Part shown: piece by piece, positions 47,149-56,875 of the stretch
Layout of the letters: each line of letters starts with the position of its first letter
Position numbering within the stretch: position 1 is the stretch's first letter
Assembly: GCA_938023735.1 (NCBI GenBank)
Contig: CALJDK010000025.1
Span: 102,016 to 166,015, forward strand
DNA length: 64,000 nucleotides
Origin: an uncultured Acidimicrobiales bacterium
GTDB lineage: Bacteria > Actinomycetota > Acidimicrobiia > Acidimicrobiales > SHLQ01
Reading direction: 5' to 3'
Position numbers and translations under genes: made by a program
The notes under the pieces: model-generated
The model's input: the letters and a program-made list of their open reading frames with translations, nothing else
Database searches by the model: none
What the model was told of the DNA's origin: nothing

Positions 47149-48423
47149 CTACTCCCGCGGAGGCGGCGGTGGTCGGCCCTGATTAGCGATCTCGTCGGGC
47201 GTAGCCTTGCGGAGCTTCCATACGCCTGTTCCGCCGCGCTGAGGCTCGAAGTAAAGGGTCTGGTGCAGATCGTGGATGCGGTGATGGCAGTCCTGGCAAA
47301 CCAACGCCAGGTTCTCGATGTCGGTCTTACCCTTGAGCGGCGCATTCCAGGGTATGAGATGGTGCGCCTCGCACCGATCGTGGGGCGCCCGACAGAGCAC
47401 GCAACCGCGGTCGCGGGCGATGAGGGCAGCGAGCTGGACTCGGGTAGCCGTGCGATGAGAACGACCTTGCCAAAGCGCCTGTCCGTTCCCGTCGAAGACC
47501 ATGCCGATGAGTTCGGCGTTGCAGTAGTATCGGGCAAACACACTGGGTGGCAGCGGTCCGACACCAAATTGCTGCAGGTCGGTGATGACCCCGTGGTCGT
47601 TGATGGTGGCGCCCAGCACGATGGTGGGTCGGTTGGCCGGACGACTCAATGCCGCAGCAGTTGAGGCGTCGTTGGCGGTCGGTTGCTTTGACCCTTCAAA
47701 GTTGCCGACGAACGCATCGAACATTCGGTGGGCATGGCTTCGCGGATGCTTGCGATTTGGCAGGTCGCGCCCGCCATCGGACAGGTAGAGATCGTGCGCT
47801 TGGTTCCCGATGAGTTTCCACAAGCGTTCGATGCTGGATTTGTCGCCTTCGGCCAAGATGGCTTCGGTGCCCCGCTTGGTCGTGAACTTTGAAACTTTAC
47901 GAAGCCGTCGTTGGCGCTGATGTTGCGTCTCCTCGTCGGCGGCATTGTGTTGCTCGACGAAGGATTTGATGGCGTCGTTGGACTGGTCGCCGTTTGAGCT
48001 GCGAACCGTCTCGAGGAGGTCTGCGTCCTTTGACGCTGCCCCATCGGTCTTGGTGTCGGCATCGGCCAACGCATCGAGTTGCTCTGGGGTGACGCTGCCA
48101 TCTTCGATATGGCTCACCAGTTCTGGATTATTGCGAGCGGTGGTTGCCCGCTTGGCGGCGGTCTTACGCTGTTTCTTGGATTTCTTGCGGTTTCGGTCGG
48201 AGAGATCTTCGGTCTCACGAGCGGTAGAACCACCTTGTTGAGCCCGAGCCAGCACACGAACTTCGGCTGCGGTGACCTGACAACCGAGCCAGCCAAGCTC
48301 GCCGATGGCCCGACCATCGGGCATGGACATGATGGTCTCGATGAGTTGCTTGAACACCGGACGGACGTCGTTGGGCGTGAGGGGAGCAGTCTCAAACGCA
48401 ATGTGGTCGTCGACGAAGGTCAT
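47149..48423 (-). CDS. DUF222/HNH endonuclease (REP13E12-like)
   Basis: GRSHRTAT..QLAALIARDRGCVLC...CEAHHLIPW...TDIENLALVCQDCHHRIH; start at ATG 48423. Confidence 0.88.
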   Translation of the reverse strand: MTFVDDHIAFETAPLTPNDVRPVFKQLIETIMSMPDGRAIGELGWLGCQVTAAEVRVLARAQQGGSTARETEDLSDRNRKKSKKQRKTAAKRATTARNNPELVSHIEDGSVTPEQLDALADADTKTDGAASKDADLLETVRSSNGDQSNDAIKSFVEQHNAADEETQHQRQRRLRKVSKFTTKRGTEAILAEGDKSSIERLWKLIGNQAHDLYLSDGGRDLPNRKHPRSHAHRMFDAFVGNFEGSKQPTANDASTAAALSRPANRPTIVLGATINDHGVITDLQQFGVGPLPPSVFARYYCNAELIGMVFDGNGQALWQGRSHRTATRVQLAALIARDRGCVLCRAPHDRCEAHHLIPWNAPLKGKTDIENLALVCQDCHHRIHDLHQTLYFEPQRGGTGVWKLRKATPDEIANQGRPPPPPRE

Positions 48424-48430
48424 GCACACA

Positions 48431-48453
48431 AACTTACGAAGGGGGTGTGACAA
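48431..48453 (-). promoter_or_regulatory. PafBC/RecA-NDp-type DNA-damage promoter
   Basis: Minus strand TTGTC-A-CAC-N8-TAAGTT, then 7 nt to ATG; matches the tTGTCRgtg-N8-TAnnnT spacing. Confidence 0.7.
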
Positions 48454-48552
48454 GAAGTGGTGAATTGCATCGAAAGGGTAGAAATTTCTTTGGAAATTTC
48501 TTGGATGCGGCGAAACGAAGCGCCGCAGGCCGTGGTCGTGCTTCACTAGGGC

Positions 48553-48963
48553 ATGGCACATCCGGCACGATTCAACGATGATGATCCGGTTCTGGCGCGG
48601 CTCCGTCAGATCTGTCTAGCGCTGCCCGGCGCTGACGAGAAGGTGTCGCATGGCCGGCCGGCGTTCTTCACCAAGAAGATCTTTGCCGGATTCGGCGCGG
48701 TGCTGACGGGCGAGCATGACTCGGCCCAGTACGACCAGGCGTTGGTGTTTATGCCCGACGCCGACGATGCGATGGCCATCGAGCAGGACCAACGATTCTT
48801 TACCCCCGCTTACTGGGGGCCGTACGGCTGGCGGGGTCTTGATCTGAGCAATCTTGACGTGAGCAAGGATGCTGATTGGGTTGAGGTGGCCGAGCTGATT
48901 GAAGAGTCGTATCGGGCGACCGCACCAAACAAACTCATCAAGGAACTCGACGAACAAGTCTGA
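48553..48963 (+). CDS. MmcQ/YjbR-family protein
   Basis: CLALPGADEKVSHGRPAF, PAYWGPYGW, ELIEESYR. Confidence 0.88.
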   Translation: MAHPARFNDDDPVLARLRQICLALPGADEKVSHGRPAFFTKKIFAGFGAVLTGEHDSAQYDQALVFMPDADDAMAIEQDQRFFTPAYWGPYGWRGLDLSNLDVSKDADWVEVAELIEESYRATAPNKLIKELDEQV

Positions 48964-48990
48964 AGCGGCCAGCATGGAGGGAGTGATGTC

Positions 48991-49779
48991 GTGGACAGTC
49001 TTGAAGGCCTCAAAGATCTTGGCGGGAAGACAGCGGTCGTAACCGGAGGAGGCTCGGGAATCGGCCGCGCCATCGTCGAACAGCTGACCGCTCAGGGCGC
49101 ATCGGTGTTGGCTGCCGATCGCAACAACGAGGCGTTGGCCGATGTGGCGGCATCGTGCGGGTGCTCGACGATGGAAATTGATGTCACATCAGAATCAGCA
49201 AACCAGGAGCTGATGGCTACAGCCGTTGCCGAATTCGGATCGCTCGACATGGTATTTCTGAACGCCGGAATTCTGGGACGCCGTCGCGAATCGTTGGCCG
49301 ACCCGTATGTAGCGGGCGACCTTGATCTCGACCGCTACCGCGCCGTCATGGCGGTAAATGCCGACGCCGTCGTGATTGGAACCGTGGCGGCCACCAAGGT
49401 CATGGCGGAACAGAACGGCGGAGCGATAGTTGCCACGGCTTCAACGGCGGGACTCTCGGCATGGTCGGCCACGCCCTTCTATGCCGCATCGAAGCACGCG
49501 GTGGTCGGTTGGGTCCGGGCGATGGCCCGAGCACTGGAGCGCGATGGCGTCACGATCAACGCCATCTGCCCAGCGGGCGTGGCAACACCCCTTGTTGGAA
49601 GAAACGCCGACGATGCCGGCGACGAGAGCCGACTGCTCCGGCCCGAAACCGTTGCGAAAGCGGCAATCGACACGGCGCTTGGTGGGGCCACTGGCCAAGC
49701 AGTGAGTGTGGTGGCCGGCCGTGATCCGGTATGGGAACCTCACGAGTTTAACGACGTCCGCAGTTTCCCATCAGACTGA
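48991..49779 (+). CDS. SDR oxidoreductase
   Basis: TGGGSGIG, NAG, YAASK. Confidence 0.92.
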   Translation: MDSLEGLKDLGGKTAVVTGGGSGIGRAIVEQLTAQGASVLAADRNNEALADVAASCGCSTMEIDVTSESANQELMATAVAEFGSLDMVFLNAGILGRRRESLADPYVAGDLDLDRYRAVMAVNADAVVIGTVAATKVMAEQNGGAIVATASTAGLSAWSATPFYAASKHAVVGWVRAMARALERDGVTINAICPAGVATPLVGRNADDAGDESRLLRPETVAKAAIDTALGGATGQAVSVVAGRDPVWEPHEFNDVRSFPSD

Positions 49780-49821
49780 CCGCGCAAGACCTGATCCACT
49801 AACGAAGGGGCCCATCAACCG

Positions 49822-50178
49822 ATGAGCATCATCATTACGGCGACCCTGTCGTTCGAAACCGAGAACGACCGGGACAACGCCGTTCGCCAAACCTCGCCGG
49901 TCCAGGCAGCTACTCGAGCTGACGAGCCGGGGTGTTTGGCCTACTGCTTTGCGGCCGATCCGGCCGAGCCAACCCACATTCAGGTGTATGAGTTGTGGAC
50001 CGATGCAGCGAACCTTGCGCGGCATTTTGATCATCCCAACTACGCAAAGATGGTCGAGGTCCTGCATAACGTCGGCGGTTTCCTGAACAGCGAGAACCGA
50101 CTGTTCGCGGCCGACGACCGCGGCCCGGTATACGGCGACGACGGAAAGTTCCGCTTCGACGCTGTTGGCGAGCAGTGA
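49822..50178 (+). CDS. ABM-domain (putative quinol monooxygenase) protein
   Basis: TRADEPGCLAY...VYELW...HFDHP. Confidence 0.85.
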   Translation: MSIIITATLSFETENDRDNAVRQTSPVQAATRADEPGCLAYCFAADPAEPTHIQVYELWTDAANLARHFDHPNYAKMVEVLHNVGGFLNSENRLFAADDRGPVYGDDGKFRFDAVGEQ

Positions 50179-50204
50179 CACACATCTCCTGCGAGTTCCC
50201 TTTT

Positions 50205-50231
50205 CGGTTGTAATTAACCGTTTGATATGTT
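50205..50231 (+). promoter_or_regulatory. Palindromic operator and -10-like hexamer upstream of the P450 operon
   Basis: cggtt-gtaatt-aaccg in an AT-rich patch, followed by TATGTT. Confidence 0.45.
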
Positions 50232-50276
50232 GCCAACCACCGGTATTCGGTGGACGCCTCGGGGGAGGGCACGCAT

Positions 50277-51584
50277 ATGCCAGCAGAGGAAATCGACCCA
50301 CAAACAGGTCTTGGCCGCGCCGACGACGGCAGCGACATTGGCTGCCCGATGGAGCACGTGGACTTCTTTGAACCGGCGATAAACGATTGCCCGTATCCGG
50401 CATACCGAACCATGCGCGACGAAGCCCCGGTGTGGTTCGACGACCGAACCAAGATGTTCATCGTCACCCGCTACGAGGACGTCAAAGCGGTACTACGCGA
50501 TACCGAACGCTTTGTGAACCGTCGCCCGAAGGTCCGGCCTGGCAGGCGAACCGAGCTGACGCTTGCGTTGTACAAGGAAAAGGGTTGGGTGCCCGGCCCG
50601 ACACTCGCTGGCCGCGACGATCCCAACCACAAAGAGATGCGCGGCCTGTTCAATCATGCGTTTCGGCCAAAGAAGATCGCCGCGCTCGAGCCGCAACTCG
50701 AGGAACTCACCACGCGCCTTATCGATGCGTTCATCGACGACGGGCGTTGCGACTGGGTGAAGCAGTTTGCTGTGCCGCTACCGCTCATCATGATCGGCAT
50801 GCAGATGGGCGCCAACGAGGAAGACATCTGGCAGATCAAGGCGTGGACCGATGCCTGGGTGCAGCGCCTCGGCATGATGCAGACCGAAGAAGAGGCCATC
50901 TGGTCAACCGAGATGGAGATCGAGGCGCAGCACTACTTTCAGCCAATCTTCGAACGGCTGCGGGTTAAACCCGACGACTCGCTCTTGTCGGACCTGGTGA
51001 ACACCGTCGTGCCCGAGTGGGGGCGCACGCTCACCGACGAAGAGCTTCATGCCGAGATGATGGCCGACACTTTTGTTGGAGGATCGGAGACCTCCACCAA
51101 CGCAATCTCGGCCGGCGTTCGGCTGCTCATCGAGAACCCCGCGCAGTGGGACAAGCTCAAGGCCGACCCCGATACCTACGTGCCGGTGATGGTCGAAGAG
51201 GTACTGCGGCTCGAAAGCCCCGTGCAGCGGCTGATCCGCACCGCGGCTGAAGATGTCGAGCTTCACGGCGTGAAGATTCCCAAGGACTCCACGGTGTCTG
51301 TGGCCTACGCCTCGGCCAACCGCGATGGCCGCGAATTCGAACGGCCCGGCGAGTTCGACCTGGAACGCAAAGATGCCCGAAACCACCTGGCGTTTGGTTT
51401 CGGAATCCACCATTGCCTGGGCGCCGCCCTGGCGCGGCGAGAGTTGCAGTACTCCTTTGATGCGGTAGCTCGTCGCTTCGACGACCTGTGGTTCATCGAG
51501 GGCGAGAACGACTTCTCGATCGCCCCCAATTATCACCTTCGGGCACTGAACCATCTGAACATTGGCTTTACGCCAGCGATCTGA
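50277..51584 (+). CDS. Cytochrome P450
   Basis: GGSETS (I-helix), EVLR (ExxR), FGFGIHHCLG (heme Cys). Confidence 0.96.
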   Translation: MPAEEIDPQTGLGRADDGSDIGCPMEHVDFFEPAINDCPYPAYRTMRDEAPVWFDDRTKMFIVTRYEDVKAVLRDTERFVNRRPKVRPGRRTELTLALYKEKGWVPGPTLAGRDDPNHKEMRGLFNHAFRPKKIAALEPQLEELTTRLIDAFIDDGRCDWVKQFAVPLPLIMIGMQMGANEEDIWQIKAWTDAWVQRLGMMQTEEEAIWSTEMEIEAQHYFQPIFERLRVKPDDSLLSDLVNTVVPEWGRTLTDEELHAEMMADTFVGGSETSTNAISAGVRLLIENPAQWDKLKADPDTYVPVMVEEVLRLESPVQRLIRTAAEDVELHGVKIPKDSTVSVAYASANRDGREFERPGEFDLERKDARNHLAFGFGIHHCLGAALARRELQYSFDAVARRFDDLWFIEGENDFSIAPNYHLRALNHLNIGFTPAI

Positions 51585-51616
51585 CAACCCGGCACGAGCC
51601 ACAACAGGAGAAGGTT

Positions 51617-52432
51617 ATGGAGAACGTCGACGGCCAAGTGGCCGTGATTACTGGCGGCGCAAGCGGCATCGGGTTTGGTTTTGCCCGATCATTCGGTGCG
51701 GCCGGAATGAAGCTCATGCTTGGCGATATCGAGGCGGCAGCGCTGGCGACGGCCGAAGCCGACCTCTCGAGTGCCGGCTACGACGTCGAGACATTTGTTG
51801 TTGACGTCACCGATGCTGCTGCGGTCGATGCGTTCGCCGATGCAACCTACTCCCGCTTCGGCGCAGCCCACTTGATCTGCAATAACGCCGGTGTGGTTGA
51901 GCGGCACGAGGCGTGGGGTTCGCTCGAGGATTGGAAGTGGGTCATCGATGTCGACCTGTGGGGGGTGATCCACGGTGTTCATTCCTTTGTTCCCCGCATG
52001 CGCGAAGCTGGCGCTCCGGGTCACATTGTCAACACGGCGTCGACCGCTGGGATTCTTGGATTCCCGGGAATCTCGTCGTACGTGGCGGCGAAGCACGCCG
52101 TGGTGGGCCTGAGCCAATCGCTGTTCCACGAGTTCGCGATGGAGAACTCGCCCCTTGGTGTGTCCGTGCTTTGCCCGGGTGTCGTCGACACCAACATCAA
52201 CAGCAGCACTCGCAACCGTCCCGGGGTCGATCCGGCAACGGTTGACGGAAAGATGTTCACCGGCTGGACCGAAGTCTTGACGCCCGAGCAGGTAGCCGAA
52301 ATCGTCCTGGCCGCTGTGCAAGCAAAGCAGTTCTGGATCCTTCCCCACGAGCACTACGGCGAGCAGGCGCTTGCCAATGCCGAGGGGCGGGTGGCCAAGG
52401 CCGATCCGGTCATGCCGCAGGTTCGGCGCTAA
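51617..52432 (+). CDS. SDR oxidoreductase
   Basis: TGGASGIG, NNAGV, YVAAK; AGGAG RBS. Confidence 0.92.
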   Translation: MENVDGQVAVITGGASGIGFGFARSFGAAGMKLMLGDIEAAALATAEADLSSAGYDVETFVVDVTDAAAVDAFADATYSRFGAAHLICNNAGVVERHEAWGSLEDWKWVIDVDLWGVIHGVHSFVPRMREAGAPGHIVNTASTAGILGFPGISSYVAAKHAVVGLSQSLFHEFAMENSPLGVSVLCPGVVDTNINSSTRNRPGVDPATVDGKMFTGWTEVLTPEQVAEIVLAAVQAKQFWILPHEHYGEQALANAEGRVAKADPVMPQVRR

Positions 52433-52485
52433 GGCACGAACGCACGTCCAAAGACCCCCAAAGCAACGAAAGAGATTGCAAACCA

Positions 52486-53031
52486 ATGGCTGACGATAAC
52501 TATGAAGACCTTACCGACTGCGGCCTCGACGACGACATGGAGGCAAAGCTTCTGGCTGCGCAGAGGGAGTGTGTGTTCCAGTGGACCACCAAGGTCGGCG
52601 AGCCCTTCGGTGTCATCATGTCGTTTCTCGAAAAGGACGGCACGTTCTGGCTCACTGCGGCCGAGAAGCGAGCACGGATTTACGCAATCAAACGTGACCC
52701 GCGGGTGGCAATCACGGTGACCAGCGTGGGCAGCGGTCTTCGTGGGGGTCTCACCGCGTCGTACAAAGGCATAGCCAAGCTGCACAAGAGTCAGGACGTG
52801 AAGGACTGGTTCTACCCCGAATTTTGCGCCAAGATCAGGCCCGACAGCGAAGAGGCCCGCGCCTCGTTTCAGCAACACCTCGACTCGCCCGACCGGGTGA
52901 TCATCGAGGTGCCTACCCACTACAAGCTGACCTTCGACAGTATGAAAATGTGGCAGCGGTCGCCCGACGCGATCTCGGACAAGCGCCGCGAAGAGTTAGC
53001 TCGCGAAGCTGCTGGCGACGAGGCGTCCTAG
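52486..53031 (+). CDS. Pyridoxamine 5'-phosphate oxidase-like split-barrel protein (possibly F420-dependent)
   Basis: FWLT..RAR..AIKRDPRVAITV, DRVIIEV pattern. Confidence 0.75.
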   Translation: MADDNYEDLTDCGLDDDMEAKLLAAQRECVFQWTTKVGEPFGVIMSFLEKDGTFWLTAAEKRARIYAIKRDPRVAITVTSVGSGLRGGLTASYKGIAKLHKSQDVKDWFYPEFCAKIRPDSEEARASFQQHLDSPDRVIIEVPTHYKLTFDSMKMWQRSPDAISDKRREELAREAAGDEAS

Positions 53032-53039
53032 ACGGCGGG

Positions 53040-53633
53040 CTAGGTCGAGGTTTCTTCGCTGTTCGGAAATCCAGGAACGCCTTGGTCAAGCTCTACGCCA
53101 GCGCTGTTGAGAAAGCCCGACACCATCCGGTAGAAGCCGGCCACGATCAGCAGTTCGACCAGTTCCTCGTCGCTCCAACGGGTGCCCAGGGCCATCCAGG
53201 TGGCGTCGCTGACGCAGTCGTCGGCGTGCAGGTCGTCAGCCAGCGCGATGAGCGCCAGATCGCCAGTGGACCAGTCGTAGGCCGAAGGCGGTTGGGTAAG
53301 CGCTTCGATTTCTGCGTCGGTGAGGCCGCACTGCTTTCCGATAATCGTGTGCTGGCCAAACTCGTACTGGGCGCGGGCGTTGGCCCCCACCCGCAGAATC
53401 ACTACCTCACGCTCTCGGGCCGGCAGAAGGCCCTTGTTGAGCAGGAATCCGCCGAGCAGGTTGAACCGCTTCAGCAGCTTCGGATGCCGGCCCAGAACGC
53501 CAAAGATGTTGAGCGGTTTGCCGTCGTGGGTGAGCGCCGATGCCAGGATCTCGGCGAGTTCACCTTCGGGTTCGGCAACCGGTTCGATACGGCAGGATGT
53601 CGGGCGTTCGATGGAGGTCATACCTTTACCCAT
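53040..53633 (-). CDS. Carboxymuconolactone decarboxylase/AhpD-like protein
   Basis: LNIF..L.RHP, LPAREREVVILRV, YEFGQH. Confidence 0.87.
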   Translation of the reverse strand: MGKGMTSIERPTSCRIEPVAEPEGELAEILASALTHDGKPLNIFGVLGRHPKLLKRFNLLGGFLLNKGLLPAREREVVILRVGANARAQYEFGQHTIIGKQCGLTDAEIEALTQPPSAYDWSTGDLALIALADDLHADDCVSDATWMALGTRWSDEELVELLIVAGFYRMVSGFLNSAGVELDQGVPGFPNSEETST

Positions 53634-53723
53634 AGCTCAGGTTGGGTCCCAGGGTTCAGCCGAGACTGAACGGCAGCCCTCGTCCCGCTCAAGTTTTGCG
53701 GGTCGAGCTGTCGATGCATAGCA

Positions 53724-53984
53724 ATGGCGTTTCTGTTGGTTGTGGCACTCATCATTGCGATTGGCTACTGGGGGCTGCACCGGGCGACGAAACAGTGGCA
53801 GCTGAGTGAAGAAACCTCGCCCGCTTCCCCCGAACAACCGTGGCAGGTCATCGAACGTCACGGCGAAGATCACTACACCGTTCTCGAAACCAAGACCGGC
53901 AAGGTGTTCGAACTCACCAGGACCGACGCGTCGATTAACGACGTCGCCATGCACGAGTGGGACTGGACCCCCACAGCTCAGTGA
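53724..53984 (+). CDS. Small membrane-anchored hypothetical protein
   Basis: N-terminal TM, 86 aa; fills the gap between minus-strand genes. Confidence 0.55.
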   Translation: MAFLLVVALIIAIGYWGLHRATKQWQLSEETSPASPEQPWQVIERHGEDHYTVLETKTGKVFELTRTDASINDVAMHEWDWTPTAQ

Positions 53985-53987
53985 TGC

Positions 53988-54812
53988 CTATAACTCAGCA
54001 ATGAAAGCTCCCATGCGAGTCTCGGTTGCTGGTGTTTGTCCGCCGTGGTCGAGGAAGGCACGCATGCGTGCTTTGGCATCGGGATCGGCAACGAGATCTT
54101 CGAACAGCTGACCTTCGCGAACAAGGCCCGGCGTGGGGTCGGGTTGGCTGGCCAGCACTGCGGCCTTTGCGTTTGCTACCGCCAAGGCCGGAAATGACGC
54201 TAGTCGGTGCGCGAACCGGTACACGAAGTCTTCTAGATCGTTGCTGGGAATCAGTCGGTTGAGCCAACCCCATTCGGTTGCGGTGCTGGCGTCGATGTCA
54301 TCGCTGCCCAGGACGATCTCCATGGCTCGGCCCCGGCCAACCAGGTGGGGGAGTCGCTGGGTGCCCGTGCCGCCCGGAATGATGCCTAAGCCCACTTCCA
54401 TCTGGTTGACGACGGTATGTTCTGACCCAAAGCGCATGTCGCATGACGCAGCGATTTCCGCCCCACCGCCGCCAACGCGACCGTCGATCATCGCGATCGT
54501 TGGCTTGGGCATGGTTCGAAACAGTTCGCACAGTCGATGGAAACTGTGGGGTTCGGTCATGGGCTCGGCTGGCGCGGGCATGTCGAGGATGGCCCCAACG
54601 TCGAAGTGGGCCAGGAAGAACTCGGGGTTGTTACTTCGAAGCACCACTACCCGAACCCCCGGGTCGTCGGCCGCCTCGTTGGTGGCGATGAACAGTGCCT
54701 TCGTCAGGTCGTTGGTGATGACGTTCACCGGTGGCGAGTCGAATATGAACGTTCGAACTCCGGCGTCGTCGGTTATACGGAGCCCAGCGGAAGACGAGTC
54801 ATCGGTAGCCAT
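53988..54812 (-). CDS. Enoyl-CoA hydratase/isomerase family protein
   Basis: PPVN, FFLAHFD, GGGAE, QMEVGLGIIPGGTGTQRL. Confidence 0.9.
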   Translation of the reverse strand: MATDDSSSAGLRITDDAGVRTFIFDSPPVNVITNDLTKALFIATNEAADDPGVRVVVLRSNNPEFFLAHFDVGAILDMPAPAEPMTEPHSFHRLCELFRTMPKPTIAMIDGRVGGGGAEIAASCDMRFGSEHTVVNQMEVGLGIIPGGTGTQRLPHLVGRGRAMEIVLGSDDIDASTATEWGWLNRLIPSNDLEDFVYRFAHRLASFPALAVANAKAAVLASQPDPTPGLVREGQLFEDLVADPDAKARMRAFLDHGGQTPATETRMGAFIAEL

Positions 54813-54842
54813 GGGGCGACCCTATACCGGCTTCTTGCACCC

Positions 54843-55505
54843 TCAGTGGGCAGAAGTGTTCGCCATGTCCAGAACCGCGGCCGGGGTGTCGGGAGTCCCT
54901 CGAAGGTCCGAGGCTGGAATCGCAGCGCCCCACGTGCTGGTGAGCGGAACGACACCTGCCCAGTGCGGGCCGTCCATATCGATCTCTTCGTCGACCGGGC
55001 CTTCGCCTCGAACCTTTGCCGATACTTCCTTGAGCGGCACGGCGAGAACAAGGGTCTTCTTGAAGTCGGACTCACTCGGCGGGCGGGCCGTATCCCAAAT
55101 CGGAGCGATGTGGTCGTTGATGATCTTGAGTGCGGCCATTTTGTCGGCCGGGTCAACGATGGCGGTTGCTATGCCTCTGATGACCACGGAGCGATAGTTC
55201 ATCGAGTTGTGGAACGGCGTGCGAGCGATGACAAGCCCGTCGATGATGGTGACGGTGACGCACACGTCAAGGTTGCGCCCGCTCTTCAACATTGCGTTGC
55301 CCACTGCACCGTGGATGAGGATTTCGTTGTCCCGAACTCCATAGGCCATCGGCAGCACGATGGGCCCATCGTCGGTGGCCACTCCAACGTGTGCAGCAAC
55401 TCCTGCGGCCAGGATGGCTTTGACCTGGTCTTCGTCGTACACCGCGCGGTTCTTTCCCCGCCGAAGTGTGGTGCGGGCCGATGGTCCGGTAGGTGCGTCT
55501 GACAT
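54843..55505 (-). CDS. Flavin-nucleotide-binding PNPOx-like protein (NimA-like)
   Basis: IHGA, DGLVIART.FHNSMNYRSVV, SAKVR, WAGVVP. Confidence 0.87.
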   Translation of the reverse strand: MSDAPTGPSARTTLRRGKNRAVYDEDQVKAILAAGVAAHVGVATDDGPIVLPMAYGVRDNEILIHGAVGNAMLKSGRNLDVCVTVTIIDGLVIARTPFHNSMNYRSVVIRGIATAIVDPADKMAALKIINDHIAPIWDTARPPSESDFKKTLVLAVPLKEVSAKVRGEGPVDEEIDMDGPHWAGVVPLTSTWGAAIPASDLRGTPDTPAAVLDMANTSAH

Positions 55506-55516
55506 GTGGATCCTTT

Positions 55517-55552
55517 ATGTACTAGTACATTACTATGTTTGTCTGATACAAT
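55517..55552. promoter_or_regulatory. Probable MocR operator pair in the divergent promoter
   Basis: Perfect palindrome atgtactagtacat plus ttgtctgatacaa overlapping the -10 TACAAT. Confidence 0.65.
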
Positions 55553-55558
55553 CGTACT

Positions 55559-56863
55559 ATGTCGGCAACAGCCACGAGTATCCGGCTCCGATTGGAGGCC
55601 GAGGTGGCCGATGGGCAGCGCGTCCCCGGCGATCGCCTACCCACCGTTCGAGCCTTCGCTGCAGAACTCGGTGTGTCGCCAAACACCGTGGCCGCCGCAT
55701 ACAAACAACTCCGCGACAGGGGAGTAGTGGTCGGCCGCGGGAGGCAGGGAACGGTCATCGCGCCGCAGACCCGACCAGCGCGAAGCCAGGTCACGCCGAT
55801 CCCCGATGGAACCATCGACGCGCTTCGGGGCTCTCCCGATCAGTCGTTTCTACCCGACCTGGGTCCGGCCTTTGCGGCTGCGGCGTCGGGCGATTCGGTG
55901 CAATATGGCGACCAACTCGTTGACCCCACGTTCGCTGCGGCTGCGGCCGACATGCTGGCCGCCGACCAGATCGATCCCTCTCACTTCACCGTTACGTCTG
56001 GGGCGATGGACGCCATCGAGAAGATCCTCGGATCCAATGACCTTCGCCCCGGCGACCGGGTGGGTGTCGAAGACCCGGGCCACATTCCGGTGCATCAACT
56101 CGTGCGGTCCTTCGGGCTTCACCTGGTGCCGCTGGCGGTCGACGACCACGGAGTTCGTCCGAACTCACTCCAGGGGGCGCTCGAGCAGGGCCTGGCTGGG
56201 CTTATCGTTACGCCCCGAGCACACAACCCAACCGGAGCAGCGTTCACCGAAGAGCGCGCGACAGAGCTATCTGCTCTGCTTTCGGATCACCCCGGGCTCT
56301 TGCTGGTCCAAGACGACCATGCGGGGGCCATCAGCGGCACGCCATGGTTTCCGCTAACCCCACCGGGTCCTCGTCACGCGATCATCCGGTCGCTCGGCAA
56401 ATCGTTAGGACCCGATCTTCGAATCTCGGTGACCGCTGGCGACCCCGTCACCATCGACCGGCTGGCAATGGCCGTCAGCAACGGTCCCGGATGGGTGAGC
56501 CATATGCTTCAACGGGCCGCCGGCTTTCTGTTAACCGACCCGGCAACGGCCAAGCTGGTGGCGAGCGCCGAAGCCTCCTACTCCCAGCGTCGAGAACTCC
56601 TCATCGCAGCGCTCGCCAAGCAGGGAATCGCAGCAACAGGACGGTCGGGCATCAACGTGTGGATCCCGACCAACGACGAGCAGGCAGCAGTCGAGGCGGC
56701 CCGCCACGCGGGTTTCGCGATCCGTGCCGCCGACGCCTACCGGGTGAACTCGGATCCAGCGGTTCGAGCGACCATCGCGAACCTTCGGTCCGACCAAATC
56801 ATCGAACTGGCCAAGGCTCTTGGCAACGCGGCATCGGGGATGCAGCATTCGCCGGCGATGTAG
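55559..56863 (+). CDS. MocR/GabR-family regulator (GntR HTH + PLP domain)
   Basis: GDRLPTVRAFAAELGVSPNTVAAAY, VEDPG, HNPTG, DDH, RSLGK. Confidence 0.93.
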   Translation: MSATATSIRLRLEAEVADGQRVPGDRLPTVRAFAAELGVSPNTVAAAYKQLRDRGVVVGRGRQGTVIAPQTRPARSQVTPIPDGTIDALRGSPDQSFLPDLGPAFAAAASGDSVQYGDQLVDPTFAAAAADMLAADQIDPSHFTVTSGAMDAIEKILGSNDLRPGDRVGVEDPGHIPVHQLVRSFGLHLVPLAVDDHGVRPNSLQGALEQGLAGLIVTPRAHNPTGAAFTEERATELSALLSDHPGLLLVQDDHAGAISGTPWFPLTPPGPRHAIIRSLGKSLGPDLRISVTAGDPVTIDRLAMAVSNGPGWVSHMLQRAAGFLLTDPATAKLVASAEASYSQRRELLIAALAKQGIAATGRSGINVWIPTNDEQAAVEAARHAGFAIRAADAYRVNSDPAVRATIANLRSDQIIELAKALGNAASGMQHSPAM

Positions 56864-56875
56864 CCACGTTGGCCG

